Source: Alphaproteobacteria bacterium
GTDB taxonomy: Bacteria > Pseudomonadota > Alphaproteobacteria > UBA11073
Assembly: GCA_965246755.1 (NCBI GenBank)
Contig: OZ251979.1
Span: 1,665,129 to 1,729,128 of the forward strand
Direction: 5' to 3'
Length of the DNA stretch: 64,000 nt
Shown here: in pieces, positions 18,808-30,775 of the stretch
How the letters are laid out: each line of letters begins with the position of its first letter
How positions within the stretch are numbered: the stretch's first letter is position 1
Notes under the pieces: generated by a model
Told to the model about the DNA's origin: nothing
The model's database searches: none
The model's input: only the letters and a program-made list of their open reading frames with translations
Translations under genes and position numbers: made by a program

Positions 18808-19374
18808 TCATAATGGGTGATCATCATTGGCCAGCAATGTTTTTAAACGCTGCGAGGTCGCCGCGCTGGTCCAGTCGGGATCGCCAACTAACTTTTCCAC
18901 CATTCGGCGTTGCCGGTTGATCAAAATCGTTTCCGGTACCGCCGCGGTGTTGAATGTTTTAAGTGAGATAATTTTACCCTGATCCCACACCCAATACACG
19001 TGCGGCGCACTAGTTAAATGATATTGCGCCATGAAATGCGTGATAGCGGCCGGGCTTTCATCAATCGACACCGCGACTAGCGCCAGGCGGCCATTAGCTT
19101 CAGCAATTTGTTTTAACAGCTGCGGAAATTCCGTTTGGCACGGCGCGCACCAGGAAGCCCAGAAATGTAGCAGAATGCCCGGCTCGGACAGAGTTTTTAG
19201 CTGATATGTTTTTTGATCGCGTGTAGTGAAAGTTAAGTCCGGCACAGTTTCAAAATGTGCGGTGTGCGCCGCAGGCGGCGCAATCTGTACCCGTTGTTGC
19301 GGCCAAAAATCATAACTGACGGCTAAGCCGCATAACACAATAATTATGATTAGCACCAAAAATTTTGGTCTCAT
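18808..19374 (-). CDS. TlpA/ResA-family membrane-anchored thiol:disulfide oxidoreductase
   Basis: N-terminal TM, 'HFWASWCAPCQTE', cis-Pro 'VPET'. Confidence 0.9.
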   Translation of the reverse strand: MRPKFLVLIIIIVLCGLAVSYDFWPQQRVQIAPPAAHTAHFETVPDLTFTTRDQKTYQLKTLSEPGILLHFWASWCAPCQTEFPQLLKQIAEANGRLALVAVSIDESPAAITHFMAQYHLTSAPHVYWVWDQGKIISLKTFNTAAVPETILINRQRRMVEKLVGDPDWTSAATSQRLKTLLANDDHPL

Positions 19375-21227
19375 GACACAGACTTGCCGAGTCGCCGTAA
19401 TAAAATTTTACAAATACCCAAAATGGATAATTCCGCCGCGACGAACAGACCCAGATACAGGGCCATGCCGGATGTGAAACCGTAGGAATGTAACCCGACG
19501 TTGAGCAGGTTAACGCCAAACCATGACACCGCCACGATAATGATGGTGCCCGCCGCGACCAGTGCAAAATTATCCGCGCGTAACATCCCTGATAATTTAC
19601 CATGCAATATAAACAGCAACCACAGCACAATCAGCAAAGCGCCATTTTCCTTGGGATCCCAACCCCAAAACCGTCCCCACGATTGGTCCGCCCAGATGCC
19701 GCCCAAAATGGTGCCAATGGTTGCAAAACAGACCGCCACCAGTGCCGCACCGGTGATGGCACGCGACAGCGCGGTTAACGTATCGATACGGTTCGGCCTG
19801 CGGATTTTTTGCCACAGATAAACATGCGCCAGCAAACCGGTGATAAGACAACAGCCATAGCCGGCTGTAATGGCCAATACATGGGTCGCCAGCCAAAAAT
19901 TGGTATTCAAGACGGCGACCAAGGGTTCCATGGTGTCGCCGCCATCCTGGGCAAACAGCGGCGCCAATAACAATAATATTAGTCCTGACAGGGCGCCAAT
20001 CGCGATGCCGAGGCCTTGTTGATTGCGGCGCTCCAACAGCAGTGAACCAAGGGCCGCCACCCACCCGACAAATAAAATGGATTCATACAGCGTGCCCACC
20101 GGCGGCCGTGCCAGGATAAAAATACGCAGGCTCAGGCCAACAGTATGCCCAACAAAAGCGGCTGAAAATAAAATCGCCGCCGCGCGTGCCAACCCCGGCG
20201 TTTTGCTGCGCGCCGGGAGCAACCATGTTAATAACGCCAGGGCATATAATACCGCAGCGACAGCAAACAGATGTATCCGATTGTAAATGTATTCTGCCGC
20301 GAGCGCGGCAAGGCGAATATTTTTTCCGTCTATGGTTTGCATTTGGATGAAAATTTTTTGCGTTGCGGTATCCCAGGCAGTTGGATCCTGCACGCGATAA
20401 GCCACCGCCAGCTCCTGCCAGCTAGCTAACAAGGCCGCGGTTTGCGGCCCCCCTTGTCCCGCCGCAAATAGTTGCCATGGCGAGGACCACGTATCATTAT
20501 TATGCGTCCATATCGGTGGGATAATGTGCAACATGCCGGTTTGCTCATCCGCCGCCAATTGTTCAAGCTGATAACCGATTGCCAACAAACTTTCCTGATC
20601 GGGATTTGACGGTTGCTGGCTCAGATTTTTAAGTGCAACCCGTGCCAGCCGCAGATAAACAGCCTTGTGCGAAACCATCTCCAAATATGAAAACGCGCGC
20701 GTCGCCGGGACGCCAAGCTGCGCGGCAAGTTTTGCATTACTTACTTCAAAATTTGGCAGCACCAGCGATAACGACCGACTAAGGTCGTAATAAAGTAACA
20801 AATTTTGATACAGTTGTAGGATCTGTTGTTGCGCGGGATCGGTAATATTTGACGCGCCCAGCAGGCTTTTCATCATCGCCGCCTGGGCATCCATCGCCGC
20901 AGTCAATTCATTAAAGGAATAGTGATGGCTGGCGCGGTCGGGCAGTTGCAGTGCGCGGAGCACATCCGGATGCGCGACGGCAAATGTTTCGCGCGCGTAG
21001 GCAACTTCGGGCGTGAAGATTGTCTCCGCAAGCCAGGCGATAGCATCGGCGTCGGCGCGCCCAGAAAATTGCTTCATATAATAACGCGCAAAACTGTCCA
21101 GCGGCACAATGCGCCCGGCGCGCTGCACCGGCAACGTTGCAAAGGATCGCATCCGTAGTGGCATAACGGCGGCGTGCGCGCTGATCGCCCACAATAGAAA
21201 AATAGCTAACAGCAACTTTTTCATCAT
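19371..21227 (-). CDS. ccsA: Cytochrome c biogenesis System II protein CcsA (long form)
   Basis: WWD domain 'WADQSWGRFWGWDPKE', 'WLATHV', 'GLHSYG'. Confidence 0.9.
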   Translation of the reverse strand: MMKKLLLAIFLLWAISAHAAVMPLRMRSFATLPVQRAGRIVPLDSFARYYMKQFSGRADADAIAWLAETIFTPEVAYARETFAVAHPDVLRALQLPDRASHHYSFNELTAAMDAQAAMMKSLLGASNITDPAQQQILQLYQNLLLYYDLSRSLSLVLPNFEVSNAKLAAQLGVPATRAFSYLEMVSHKAVYLRLARVALKNLSQQPSNPDQESLLAIGYQLEQLAADEQTGMLHIIPPIWTHNNDTWSSPWQLFAAGQGGPQTAALLASWQELAVAYRVQDPTAWDTATQKIFIQMQTIDGKNIRLAALAAEYIYNRIHLFAVAAVLYALALLTWLLPARSKTPGLARAAAILFSAAFVGHTVGLSLRIFILARPPVGTLYESILFVGWVAALGSLLLERRNQQGLGIAIGALSGLILLLLAPLFAQDGGDTMEPLVAVLNTNFWLATHVLAITAGYGCCLITGLLAHVYLWQKIRRPNRIDTLTALSRAITGAALVAVCFATIGTILGGIWADQSWGRFWGWDPKENGALLIVLWLLFILHGKLSGMLRADNFALVAAGTIIIVAVSWFGVNLLNVGLHSYGFTSGMALYLGLFVAAELSILGICKILLRRLGKSVS

Positions 21228-22372
21228 GATGCCGCCATCCGTTGGCGCCAGATTAGCCGTTGTACCAAGTGAATAACAAAACCTGCGGCGATGATCAGGC
21301 CCGCCAGATATGGAAATAAGCGGCCGGCATTTTTAACCACAGACAAAACGGTGGCAGTGCGCCGGCCATCGCCCCGTTGGAATGATGATTGGTAAAAAGT
21401 ATAGCCTTTATAACGTAACGGTTCGTTCATTTTAATGCGGCTGGGCCACATAATGCCGTTATCATTGATGATTACGTCAGATTGATAGGCGCGCGGCTTG
21501 TCAGTGCCGGGATATATATCTTCTTTAAAATACTGCAGCTGAATGGCAAAAGGTAAGCGTGTGCGCGTGTGACGGATGGTCAGCCAATAACGCTTATTAT
21601 TCACGGTAATAATTTCCGGGAGCGGCATCTCCTGAAAAATGGCATAGCGCCCATCACTGTGCGCGGTGCCGGTGATGTTAAATGTCAGGCCGGCGCGGTT
21701 GTCTTCAATCTGCGCGGTGGACGGAATATCCTGCAATACAAAATTGAGCGCGACACCATGCGGCGCCCCGGCGGTAACTGTAGCAGGCAAACGCTGCAGC
21801 GCGCAGTTGCGGCACCATGACACAATGTCGATTTTAAACGGCAGTGTCGTAGTGTTAAGCATGCCATCGGCAAGCTGTGATGCCGGCACCACAGTTTCCG
21901 CGACAATGTCATTATCGTTTAATTCCGCAATTGCCAGTTCAACCTGCGTTGGGTCTTCCATATAGTTGCGGCTGTCACCGGTGGGGATCACCATAACACC
22001 CTCTCGACTGACCAAGGCGGTAACCATGCCACCCGCCAATAACAGTGCCGCACCAATATGGATGATAATTGTGCCGGCATTTTTCCAGCGCCAGTATTCC
22101 AGCGCCAGCCGCGCGAGCAAACCGCAAAAGACAAGCACCGCCACACTTAGCAGGCCCGGTAGCGGCACCAAATCATTTAACCAGATGACATAGGATGAAA
22201 AAAAATTTTGTTGCGCGATATAAAGGCCAAGGTTTTTTTCAGCGATGGTGCCAGTGACCAAAATCACCATCAGCCATAATAACAGGCCCGCAAACAGCCG
22301 TGTATTGGCAAGCCCGCGTAATATTCTGTAAAATTGTGTTTGTAACTGTGCCATGTCACCTAAATGCGGCAT
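21224..22372 (-). CDS. ResB/CcsB-family cytochrome c biogenesis protein
   Basis: TM helices with 'IHIG', 'YPGTDKPRAYQSDV', 'I.MNEPLRYKGYTFYQSSF'. Confidence 0.85.
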   Translation of the reverse strand: MPHLGDMAQLQTQFYRILRGLANTRLFAGLLLWLMVILVTGTIAEKNLGLYIAQQNFFSSYVIWLNDLVPLPGLLSVAVLVFCGLLARLALEYWRWKNAGTIIIHIGAALLLAGGMVTALVSREGVMVIPTGDSRNYMEDPTQVELAIAELNDNDIVAETVVPASQLADGMLNTTTLPFKIDIVSWCRNCALQRLPATVTAGAPHGVALNFVLQDIPSTAQIEDNRAGLTFNITGTAHSDGRYAIFQEMPLPEIITVNNKRYWLTIRHTRTRLPFAIQLQYFKEDIYPGTDKPRAYQSDVIINDNGIMWPSRIKMNEPLRYKGYTFYQSSFQRGDGRRTATVLSVVKNAGRLFPYLAGLIIAAGFVIHLVQRLIWRQRMAAS

Positions 22373-22409
22373 TGTTTGCCTTGCCCTGTCTTACGGCGTT
22401 CAGCCCGCG

Positions 22410-22437
22410 CTTGCTATCCCATTCTTGCTACCTATAT
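22410..22437 (+). promoter_or_regulatory. RpoH (sigma32)-type promoter of msrA
   Basis: CTTG-N17-CCTATAT, matching the alphaproteobacterial RpoH consensus. Confidence 0.65.
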
Positions 22438-22458
22438 ATAGATAAGGGGTGCCGCCAC

Positions 22459-23115
22459 ATGAAAAAATTTTTCTGGTTATTGCCATTATTAATCATCGCT
22501 TTGTTTTATACTGCGCCGACACGCGCCACCGCCCTGCCAGACCCCATCCACGATGAGGCGCTGGCCGCCGCACACGGCCAGCAAACCGCAATTTTAGCCG
22601 GCGGGTGTTTTTGGGGCGTAGATGCCGTATTTAAACATGTGAAAGGTGTGACTCAGGTTATATCCGGTTATGCCGGCGGTGTGGCCGATACCGCCGGCTA
22701 TGAAGCAGTCAGCACCGGCACCACCGGCCATGCCGAAGCGGTCAAGATAACCTATGACCCCGCCATCATCAGTTATGGTCAATTATTAAAAGTGTATTTT
22801 TCCATTACCCATGATCCAACCACGTTAAATCGCCAAGGGCCGGATAGCGGTACGCAATATCGCTCGGCGATTTTCGCTGTTACGCCTGCACAATCGCAGA
22901 TTGCTAATGATTATATCGCGCAGCTGAATACCGCCAAAATTTTTGCCAAACCGCTGGTGACGACAGTCACACCCCTGCCCGCTTTTTATCCTGCGGAGGA
23001 TTATCACCAGAATTATTTGGCGCTGCATCCGGGCAACCCCTATATCGTAATCAATGATGCGCCAAAGTTAGTTGCGCTCAAACAAAACTTTCCAAGCCTG
23101 TATGTCAGTCAATAA
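22459..23115 (+). CDS. msrA: Exported peptide-methionine (S)-S-oxide reductase
   Basis: 'GGCFWG', 'GHAE', 'HDPT..NRQGPD.GTQYRS', 'AEDYHQNY'; Sec signal MKKFFWLL; RBS AAGGGG before ATG 22459. Confidence 0.95.
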   Translation: MKKFFWLLPLLIIALFYTAPTRATALPDPIHDEALAAAHGQQTAILAGGCFWGVDAVFKHVKGVTQVISGYAGGVADTAGYEAVSTGTTGHAEAVKITYDPAIISYGQLLKVYFSITHDPTTLNRQGPDSGTQYRSAIFAVTPAQSQIANDYIAQLNTAKIFAKPLVTTVTPLPAFYPAEDYHQNYLALHPGNPYIVINDAPKLVALKQNFPSLYVSQ

Positions 23116-23116
23116 T

Positions 23117-24151
23117 TCAGGCGGCGACCGTTTGTAATTTGAAGGCGTTGCGCCCGGTCTTTTTAATCGCATAGAGCGCGGCATCCGCATCGGCAATCAG
23201 CTGGTGCGGCACAGCCGTCGCTGCGTCAGTTATCGCGATACCGACACTGATGGTGGATTGCAGCTGGTGGTTTTCGAATAAAACACTTTCACGCATGGCC
23301 GCCACCAGTTTAGTGGCAATAATTTCCGCATCCGCCGCAGCGGTCAAATTTTCTGCCACCAATGCAAACTCATCACCGCCCAGGCGCGCCAGGGTATCGG
23401 TCGGCCGCAATAGCGCGGTCGCACGTGTGGCAAAGGCCTGCAACAACACATCACCCGCCTGATGCCCGAAACTGTCATTGATCTTTTTAAAATGGTCGAT
23501 GTCGATATACAGCAAGCTCACCATACCCGGCCGCCGTGCCAGCCGTTTGATGGCCTGATCCAGCCGGTCGTTAAACAGCCCGCGGTTGGGCAGGCCGGTT
23601 AATTGGTCATGCTGCGCCATGAAATTTAACTGCGCCTCCAGCTGCGTGCGCTTGTCGATTTCCATTTGCTGGCCCAAGGCCGCGCCCATGACACCCGCCA
23701 GCATTTGCAGGGTTTGAATGTCTTCAGCATTAAAAGCGTGCGGTTGACCGGCGACGACTTTTAACACGCCAATAGTCGCGCCCAACCGTACCAGTGGCAC
23801 CACGACCATCGATGCCGCGCCCACCTTGCGGCAAGCCTCCGCATTCACGCGCGGATCGCAGGTAGTATCGTCTGACACCATAACTTCATTTTGCCGCACG
23901 CACAGGCCGGACAGGCTGCCGGCCTGGCTAATCCGAAAATCGACGTAGCCGGCCAGCGTGCCGCTGGCCGCGCGATAGACCATGTCATCGCCATCAACCA
24001 TTTCGATGACAGCCCCGGCGGCGCGGGTCAGCTTTTGCAGCCGCTCCACGACCTCGCCCATAAAGCCAGCCAGGTTGAATTCGAGCGACACCAGCGCCGA
24101 TTGCAGCGCGATAATTTCCTGAAGGCGAACGGCATTCTGCGCGAGGGGCAT
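23117..24151 (-). CDS. GAF-GGDEF diguanylate cyclase
   Basis: GAF domain, 'DQLTGLPNR', 'DIDHFKKIND', RxxD I-site 'RPTD', 'GGDEF'. Confidence 0.93.
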   Translation of the reverse strand: MPLAQNAVRLQEIIALQSALVSLEFNLAGFMGEVVERLQKLTRAAGAVIEMVDGDDMVYRAASGTLAGYVDFRISQAGSLSGLCVRQNEVMVSDDTTCDPRVNAEACRKVGAASMVVVPLVRLGATIGVLKVVAGQPHAFNAEDIQTLQMLAGVMGAALGQQMEIDKRTQLEAQLNFMAQHDQLTGLPNRGLFNDRLDQAIKRLARRPGMVSLLYIDIDHFKKINDSFGHQAGDVLLQAFATRATALLRPTDTLARLGGDEFALVAENLTAAADAEIIATKLVAAMRESVLFENHQLQSTISVGIAITDAATAVPHQLIADADAALYAIKKTGRNAFKLQTVAA

Positions 24152-24373
24152 AACAGCCTATACTACATACATAAGTATGAATAAATTATGACGGAAATAT
24201 AGGCCATGTGCGGATAGCGGCCTGGCGCTATATTGGTGTCTAATATACAGGCAGGCATCATGTGTAAAGTATCGCTAACCATTCTAGCGACTGTTTACAT
24301 GTAAAAAATCTCAAAATTTTAGATTTTTTCCAACAATATGTCTAATAGTGGTATAAACTCTAAGAGAAAAATA

Positions 24374-24856
24374 ATGAACCGAAATGATGTAATTATTAGG
24401 CCTGCAACCGTTATCGACGCACAAGGGATTGCTAAAGTGCGGCATGACGCTATCCGCGCAATTAGTGTGAGTGATTATGATCAAATTACTCTAGATGAAT
24501 GGGCGGGCAACTTAGAGAGTGGCGTTAATAAATTATTATCCAATGCGGCTGATGTTAGGATTATCGCTGAAGTTAATAACCAGATTGTCGGTTACGGCGA
24601 ACTGGTTACCACGCAAAATCTTTTAGGCGCTTGTTATGTTTTACCGGCTATTAATGGCCAAGGAATTGGTGGAATGATCGTGGCTGCGTTAGAGGATATC
24701 GCCCGACAACATCATCTATTACATTTGGAAATGGAAAATTCAGCTAACGCTGAAAGTTTTTATCGCCGCTGTGGCTATCAAACTTTAAAACACACACAGC
24801 ATATTATGAAAAGTGGGCGCACAATGCCAAGCGTAGTGATGCATAAAGATTTATAA
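24374..24856 (+). CDS. GNAT family N-acetyltransferase (YafP-like)
   Basis: 'IRPAT..D', 'YVLP...GQGIG', 'AESFYRRCGY'. Confidence 0.85.
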   Translation: MNRNDVIIRPATVIDAQGIAKVRHDAIRAISVSDYDQITLDEWAGNLESGVNKLLSNAADVRIIAEVNNQIVGYGELVTTQNLLGACYVLPAINGQGIGGMIVAALEDIARQHHLLHLEMENSANAESFYRRCGYQTLKHTQHIMKSGRTMPSVVMHKDL

Positions 24857-24937
24857 AATAATTATATATACCCTCTTCATGTCATACAGCTTCTCTACGC
24901 GTCTCACTGTATATTCAAATCACTCCCCCGTATCAAC

Positions 24938-24961
24938 GTCCTCTCCCCCCAAGGAGAGGAC
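24938..24961. repeat. CCTCTCC...GGAGAGG REP-like hairpin
   Basis: GTCCTCTCC-CCCCAA-GGAGAGGAC; related hairpin at 45693-45713. Confidence 0.55.
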
Positions 24962-25102
24962 AATTTAACCAGCGTTTATTACAACGCTTCATAATTTATT
25001 CATCATTTCCTGTTTATCATCGGGTCTGGCAGTGTTTGACCAAGTTGTTGATTTGGCTTACATTACCCGCTGCAGAATGCACCGCCGACAGGAGAACCCG
25101 CC

Positions 25103-27799
<2,697 letters not shown>

Positions 27800-27902
27800 G
27801 TTTTAAATCCTAAATTTAATGTTAATTTATTTGCAAGTATTAAAAAACTTGCAGCAGGAATTAGTTTTATGGTTGTTTTAAAGTTCAACCTAGGAGATTA
27901 CT

Positions 27903-28217
27903 ATGAAAGTCATAGCTCGCAAAAGCTTACTAACAAAACCAGCAAAAACTTTACTCAATGAAACAAGTGAATCACTGTCCCAGGTTCTTAAGCACACTGG
28001 CGAAAACTTATTATTTTCTAGCTTATTACTCGGCGCAGGATTAAAGGACCTTGCACAAAAAGAAGAGTTTCGTCGAGAAATACTTGGCCCTGGATTGCTG
28101 ATATTGGCTACGTTAAAAGCGGTTACGTCAATTCTTGACATATGCAAGGCAGGTAAAATTGCTTGTCGCGCAGCCCAGCAACTTCGTTTAACTGCTCTAG
28201 AACCAACAGGCTTATAA
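27903..28217 (+). CDS. AT-rich orphan small membrane protein
   Basis: 104-aa ORF with AGGAG RBS and two hydrophobic stretches; followed by a hairpin. Confidence 0.6.
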   Translation: MKVIARKSLLTKPAKTLLNETSESLSQVLKHTGENLLFSSLLLGAGLKDLAQKEEFRREILGPGLLILATLKAVTSILDICKAGKIACRAAQQLRLTALEPTGL

Positions 28218-28231
28218 TCCTTTAATAGGAA

Positions 28232-28247
28232 TGTTTCACGTGAAACA
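28232..28247. promoter_or_regulatory. parS centromere site (within a 32-bp perfect palindrome 28224-28255)
   Basis: AATAGGAA-TGTTTCACGTGAAACA-TTCCTATT. Confidence 0.92.
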
Positions 28248-28597
28248 TTCCTATTTTTCTTGACTAGACTAACACATTCATTATTGGAGGCGTTGGCTTT
28301 TTAACGGCGATTACCGTCAAGCTGGCCGCAGTAGGTGTCCGTGTCAATGCCGTGTCTGCCTTGTTATCACGACCATTATTTGTACCCGCTGACCGGGTGG
28401 ATGACACTATGCAAATGTTGGCAACATTCAAAAGTGATTGATTGTGAACAGCCGTTAAGAATTTTGCAACACCTTGCCGGTTAAGATAAATTTCACTCCA
28501 AGAGATAACCGGCTGGGTCATACTCCAGCCGGTTTTTTATGGGATTGGGGAATCGCTGCGATCTGTTAAAATCGCTTTTAGAACAAGGGGAAGCAGA

Positions 28598-29587
28598 ATG
28601 CTTGACAGGAATAAACCGGTTTTGGTCGCGGGCGGCGGCGGTTTTATCGGCGGTGCGCTGGTGCAACATCTTTACGACCAGGGTTTTAAGACGATCCGTG
28701 TGGCGGATATCAAACCGCTGGCCGATTGGTATCAGGTGGTCCAGGGCACCGAACAACTGGTCCTAGATTTAAAAGACCGCGACAATTGCTGGATGGCCAC
28801 GCGCGGCATGGCTTATGTATTCAACCTGGCCGCTGACATGGGCGGCATGGGCTTTATCGAACACCACAAGGCAGAATGTATGCTGTCGGTTTTGATCAAC
28901 ACGCATCTGTTGATGGCGGCGCAGGAATTCGGCGTTGAGCGGTTTTTCTTTTCATCATCCGCCTGTGTTTACAATGGCGACAAGCAGCAGGATGTCGATG
29001 TGACAGCCTTGAAAGAGGCAGATGCCTATCCCGCATTGGCCGAAGACGGTTACGGCTGGGAAAAACTGTTTTCCGAACGCATGTGCCGTCATTACCGTGA
29101 AGATTACGGTCTTACAACACGCGTCGCGCGTTATCATAACGTCTATGGGCCGTTGGGCACCTATGACGGCGGCCGGGAAAAGGCGCCGGCGGCGATCTGC
29201 CGCAAGGTGATCGCCGCCAAACTGTCCGGCGATCCCAATATTGAAATCTGGGGCGATGGCGAACAGACGCGCAGCTTTATGTATATTGATGATTGCGTCA
29301 AAGGCACCATGATGATTATGGAAGGCGACTGTCTGGAGCCGCTTAATCTCGGGTCATCAGAACTCGTCAGCATCAATCAGCTGGCCGATATTGTGGAAGC
29401 CAAGGCGGGAAGCAAAGTTAACCGCAGTTATAATCTGGATGCGCCAAAAGGCGTGCGTGGCCGCAATTCCGACAATACGCTGATTAAACAGGAATTCGGG
29501 TGGGAACCCAACACGACGCTGAAGGACGGCATGGCCAAAACCTATGACTGGATTTACAGCCAGATGGCTAATGGTGATGCCGCTTAA
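28598..29587 (+). CDS. NAD-dependent epimerase, GDP-mannose 3,5-epimerase-like
   Basis: 'GGGGFIG', 'NLAADMGGMGFI', 'SSACVY', 'YGWEK', 'GREKAPAA.CRK'. Confidence 0.88.
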   Translation: MLDRNKPVLVAGGGGFIGGALVQHLYDQGFKTIRVADIKPLADWYQVVQGTEQLVLDLKDRDNCWMATRGMAYVFNLAADMGGMGFIEHHKAECMLSVLINTHLLMAAQEFGVERFFFSSSACVYNGDKQQDVDVTALKEADAYPALAEDGYGWEKLFSERMCRHYREDYGLTTRVARYHNVYGPLGTYDGGREKAPAAICRKVIAAKLSGDPNIEIWGDGEQTRSFMYIDDCVKGTMMIMEGDCLEPLNLGSSELVSINQLADIVEAKAGSKVNRSYNLDAPKGVRGRNSDNTLIKQEFGWEPNTTLKDGMAKTYDWIYSQMANGDAA

Positions 29588-30775
29588 ATGTCGCAAACGG
29601 CACCAACCGGCGCCGGCAGCCTGATTGAACAGGCGCTGCAGCATCACCGCGACCATAATCTGGCGGCGGCGGAAACCTGTTACCGTGCTTTATTGGCTAA
29701 CGATCCATATGATGTAGATGGCGTCAGTTACTTGGCATTATTATATATGCAACAGCAACGTGCCGATGCGGCACTGGCCTTGTTACACAGTACGCTGGCA
29801 CAGCAACCTCATGTCATCCGCTGGCTGGTTAATCTGGGGCAATTTGAACAACAACTGGGCAATTTTACGGCGGCGGAGACGGCTTTTCGGCAGGCTTTGG
29901 CAATTGAACCGCTGTTGTTGGATGCGCGGTTGCGGTTGGGCCAGGTGATTGCAGCGCAGCTGGACCCCGGCGCAATGTATCCGGCGCAAAAAATTTCGGT
30001 GCTGGTGCCATCGCGGTTGGATAAACACCCGGTGCTGCAGACCTATTGGCTGGAACAGGCGGTGCAAACAATTTTGCAGCAAACGGTTTTTGAAAACATA
30101 GCGCTGGAAATTTGTGTCGGCATCGATCATGGCACCCTGGTGCCGCCGGCGCTGGCCAGGCTGCCGTTACGTTTCGCCCCTGCGGCGGCGGACGCGCCGC
30201 GCAACCAGGCGGCGGCCTTGAATGCCGCGGCGCAAATTGCCACCGGTGATGTGTTCGCCTTTATGGAGGATGACGATATGTGGGACCCGCGCCGGCTGGC
30301 GCTGGGGCTGCGTTACCTGACGCGTTTTGATTTTATCTCCAGCAACCAGTTGGAGATAACGCCGGAACATGTTCCGGTTGTCATAAATGATTATGCAACG
30401 CCGTCGGGGTGGCTGATGACGCGTCAGCTGTGGGACAAGATTGGAGCCATGGATGACAGTTTTAAATGGCATCTGGATGGCGAATGGCTGGGCCGGCTGA
30501 ATGCCAGCGGTGCCGCGCGTTGTCACTTGGTCGATAATCAAGCGCCGACTGCGTTGGCGGAAATCCAAGCGCAGCGTAGTTACCTGTTAAATATTATTAC
30601 CACTGCGCCATTGGGCGGCGCGATAATTAATACCGGCCTGCCGCAGCCGTTGGTGTATCGCACCGTGCATCTTAACAGCGGCATGGCCACCATCGCTCAG
30701 GATACGGCAGCCAATGACATCAGCAAAGCCGAGGACGCGCGCATCATTAATAAATACGGGCATCTGCCATGCTGA
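29588..30775 (+). CDS. TPR-repeat protein fused to a GT-A (GT2-like) glycosyltransferase
   Basis: N-terminal TPRs; 'ISVLVPS', 'AAALNAA...ATGDVFAFMEDDDMW'. Confidence 0.75.
   Translation: MSQTAPTGAGSLIEQALQHHRDHNLAAAETCYRALLANDPYDVDGVSYLALLYMQQQRADAALALLHSTLAQQPHVIRWLVNLGQFEQQLGNFTAAETAFRQALAIEPLLLDARLRLGQVIAAQLDPGAMYPAQKISVLVPSRLDKHPVLQTYWLEQAVQTILQQTVFENIALEICVGIDHGTLVPPALARLPLRFAPAAADAPRNQAAALNAAAQIATGDVFAFMEDDDMWDPRRLALGLRYLTRFDFISSNQLEITPEHVPVVINDYATPSGWLMTRQLWDKIGAMDDSFKWHLDGEWLGRLNASGAARCHLVDNQAPTALAEIQAQRSYLLNIITTAPLGGAIINTGLPQPLVYRTVHLNSGMATIAQDTAANDISKAEDARIINKYGHLPC

Noticed and set aside
22300-22458. Longer MsrA N-terminus
   Set aside because: It overlaps the divergent resB start; the promoter, RBS and signal peptide all fit ATG 22459.
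17517-24900. Genomic island integrated at tRNA-Gln
   Set aside because: There is no integrase, and I could not find a duplicate of the tRNA 3' end in the window.
28264-28521. 85-aa minus-strand ORF
   Set aside because: No recognisable motif or clear RBS; it cannot be supported, though a small real gene is not excluded.
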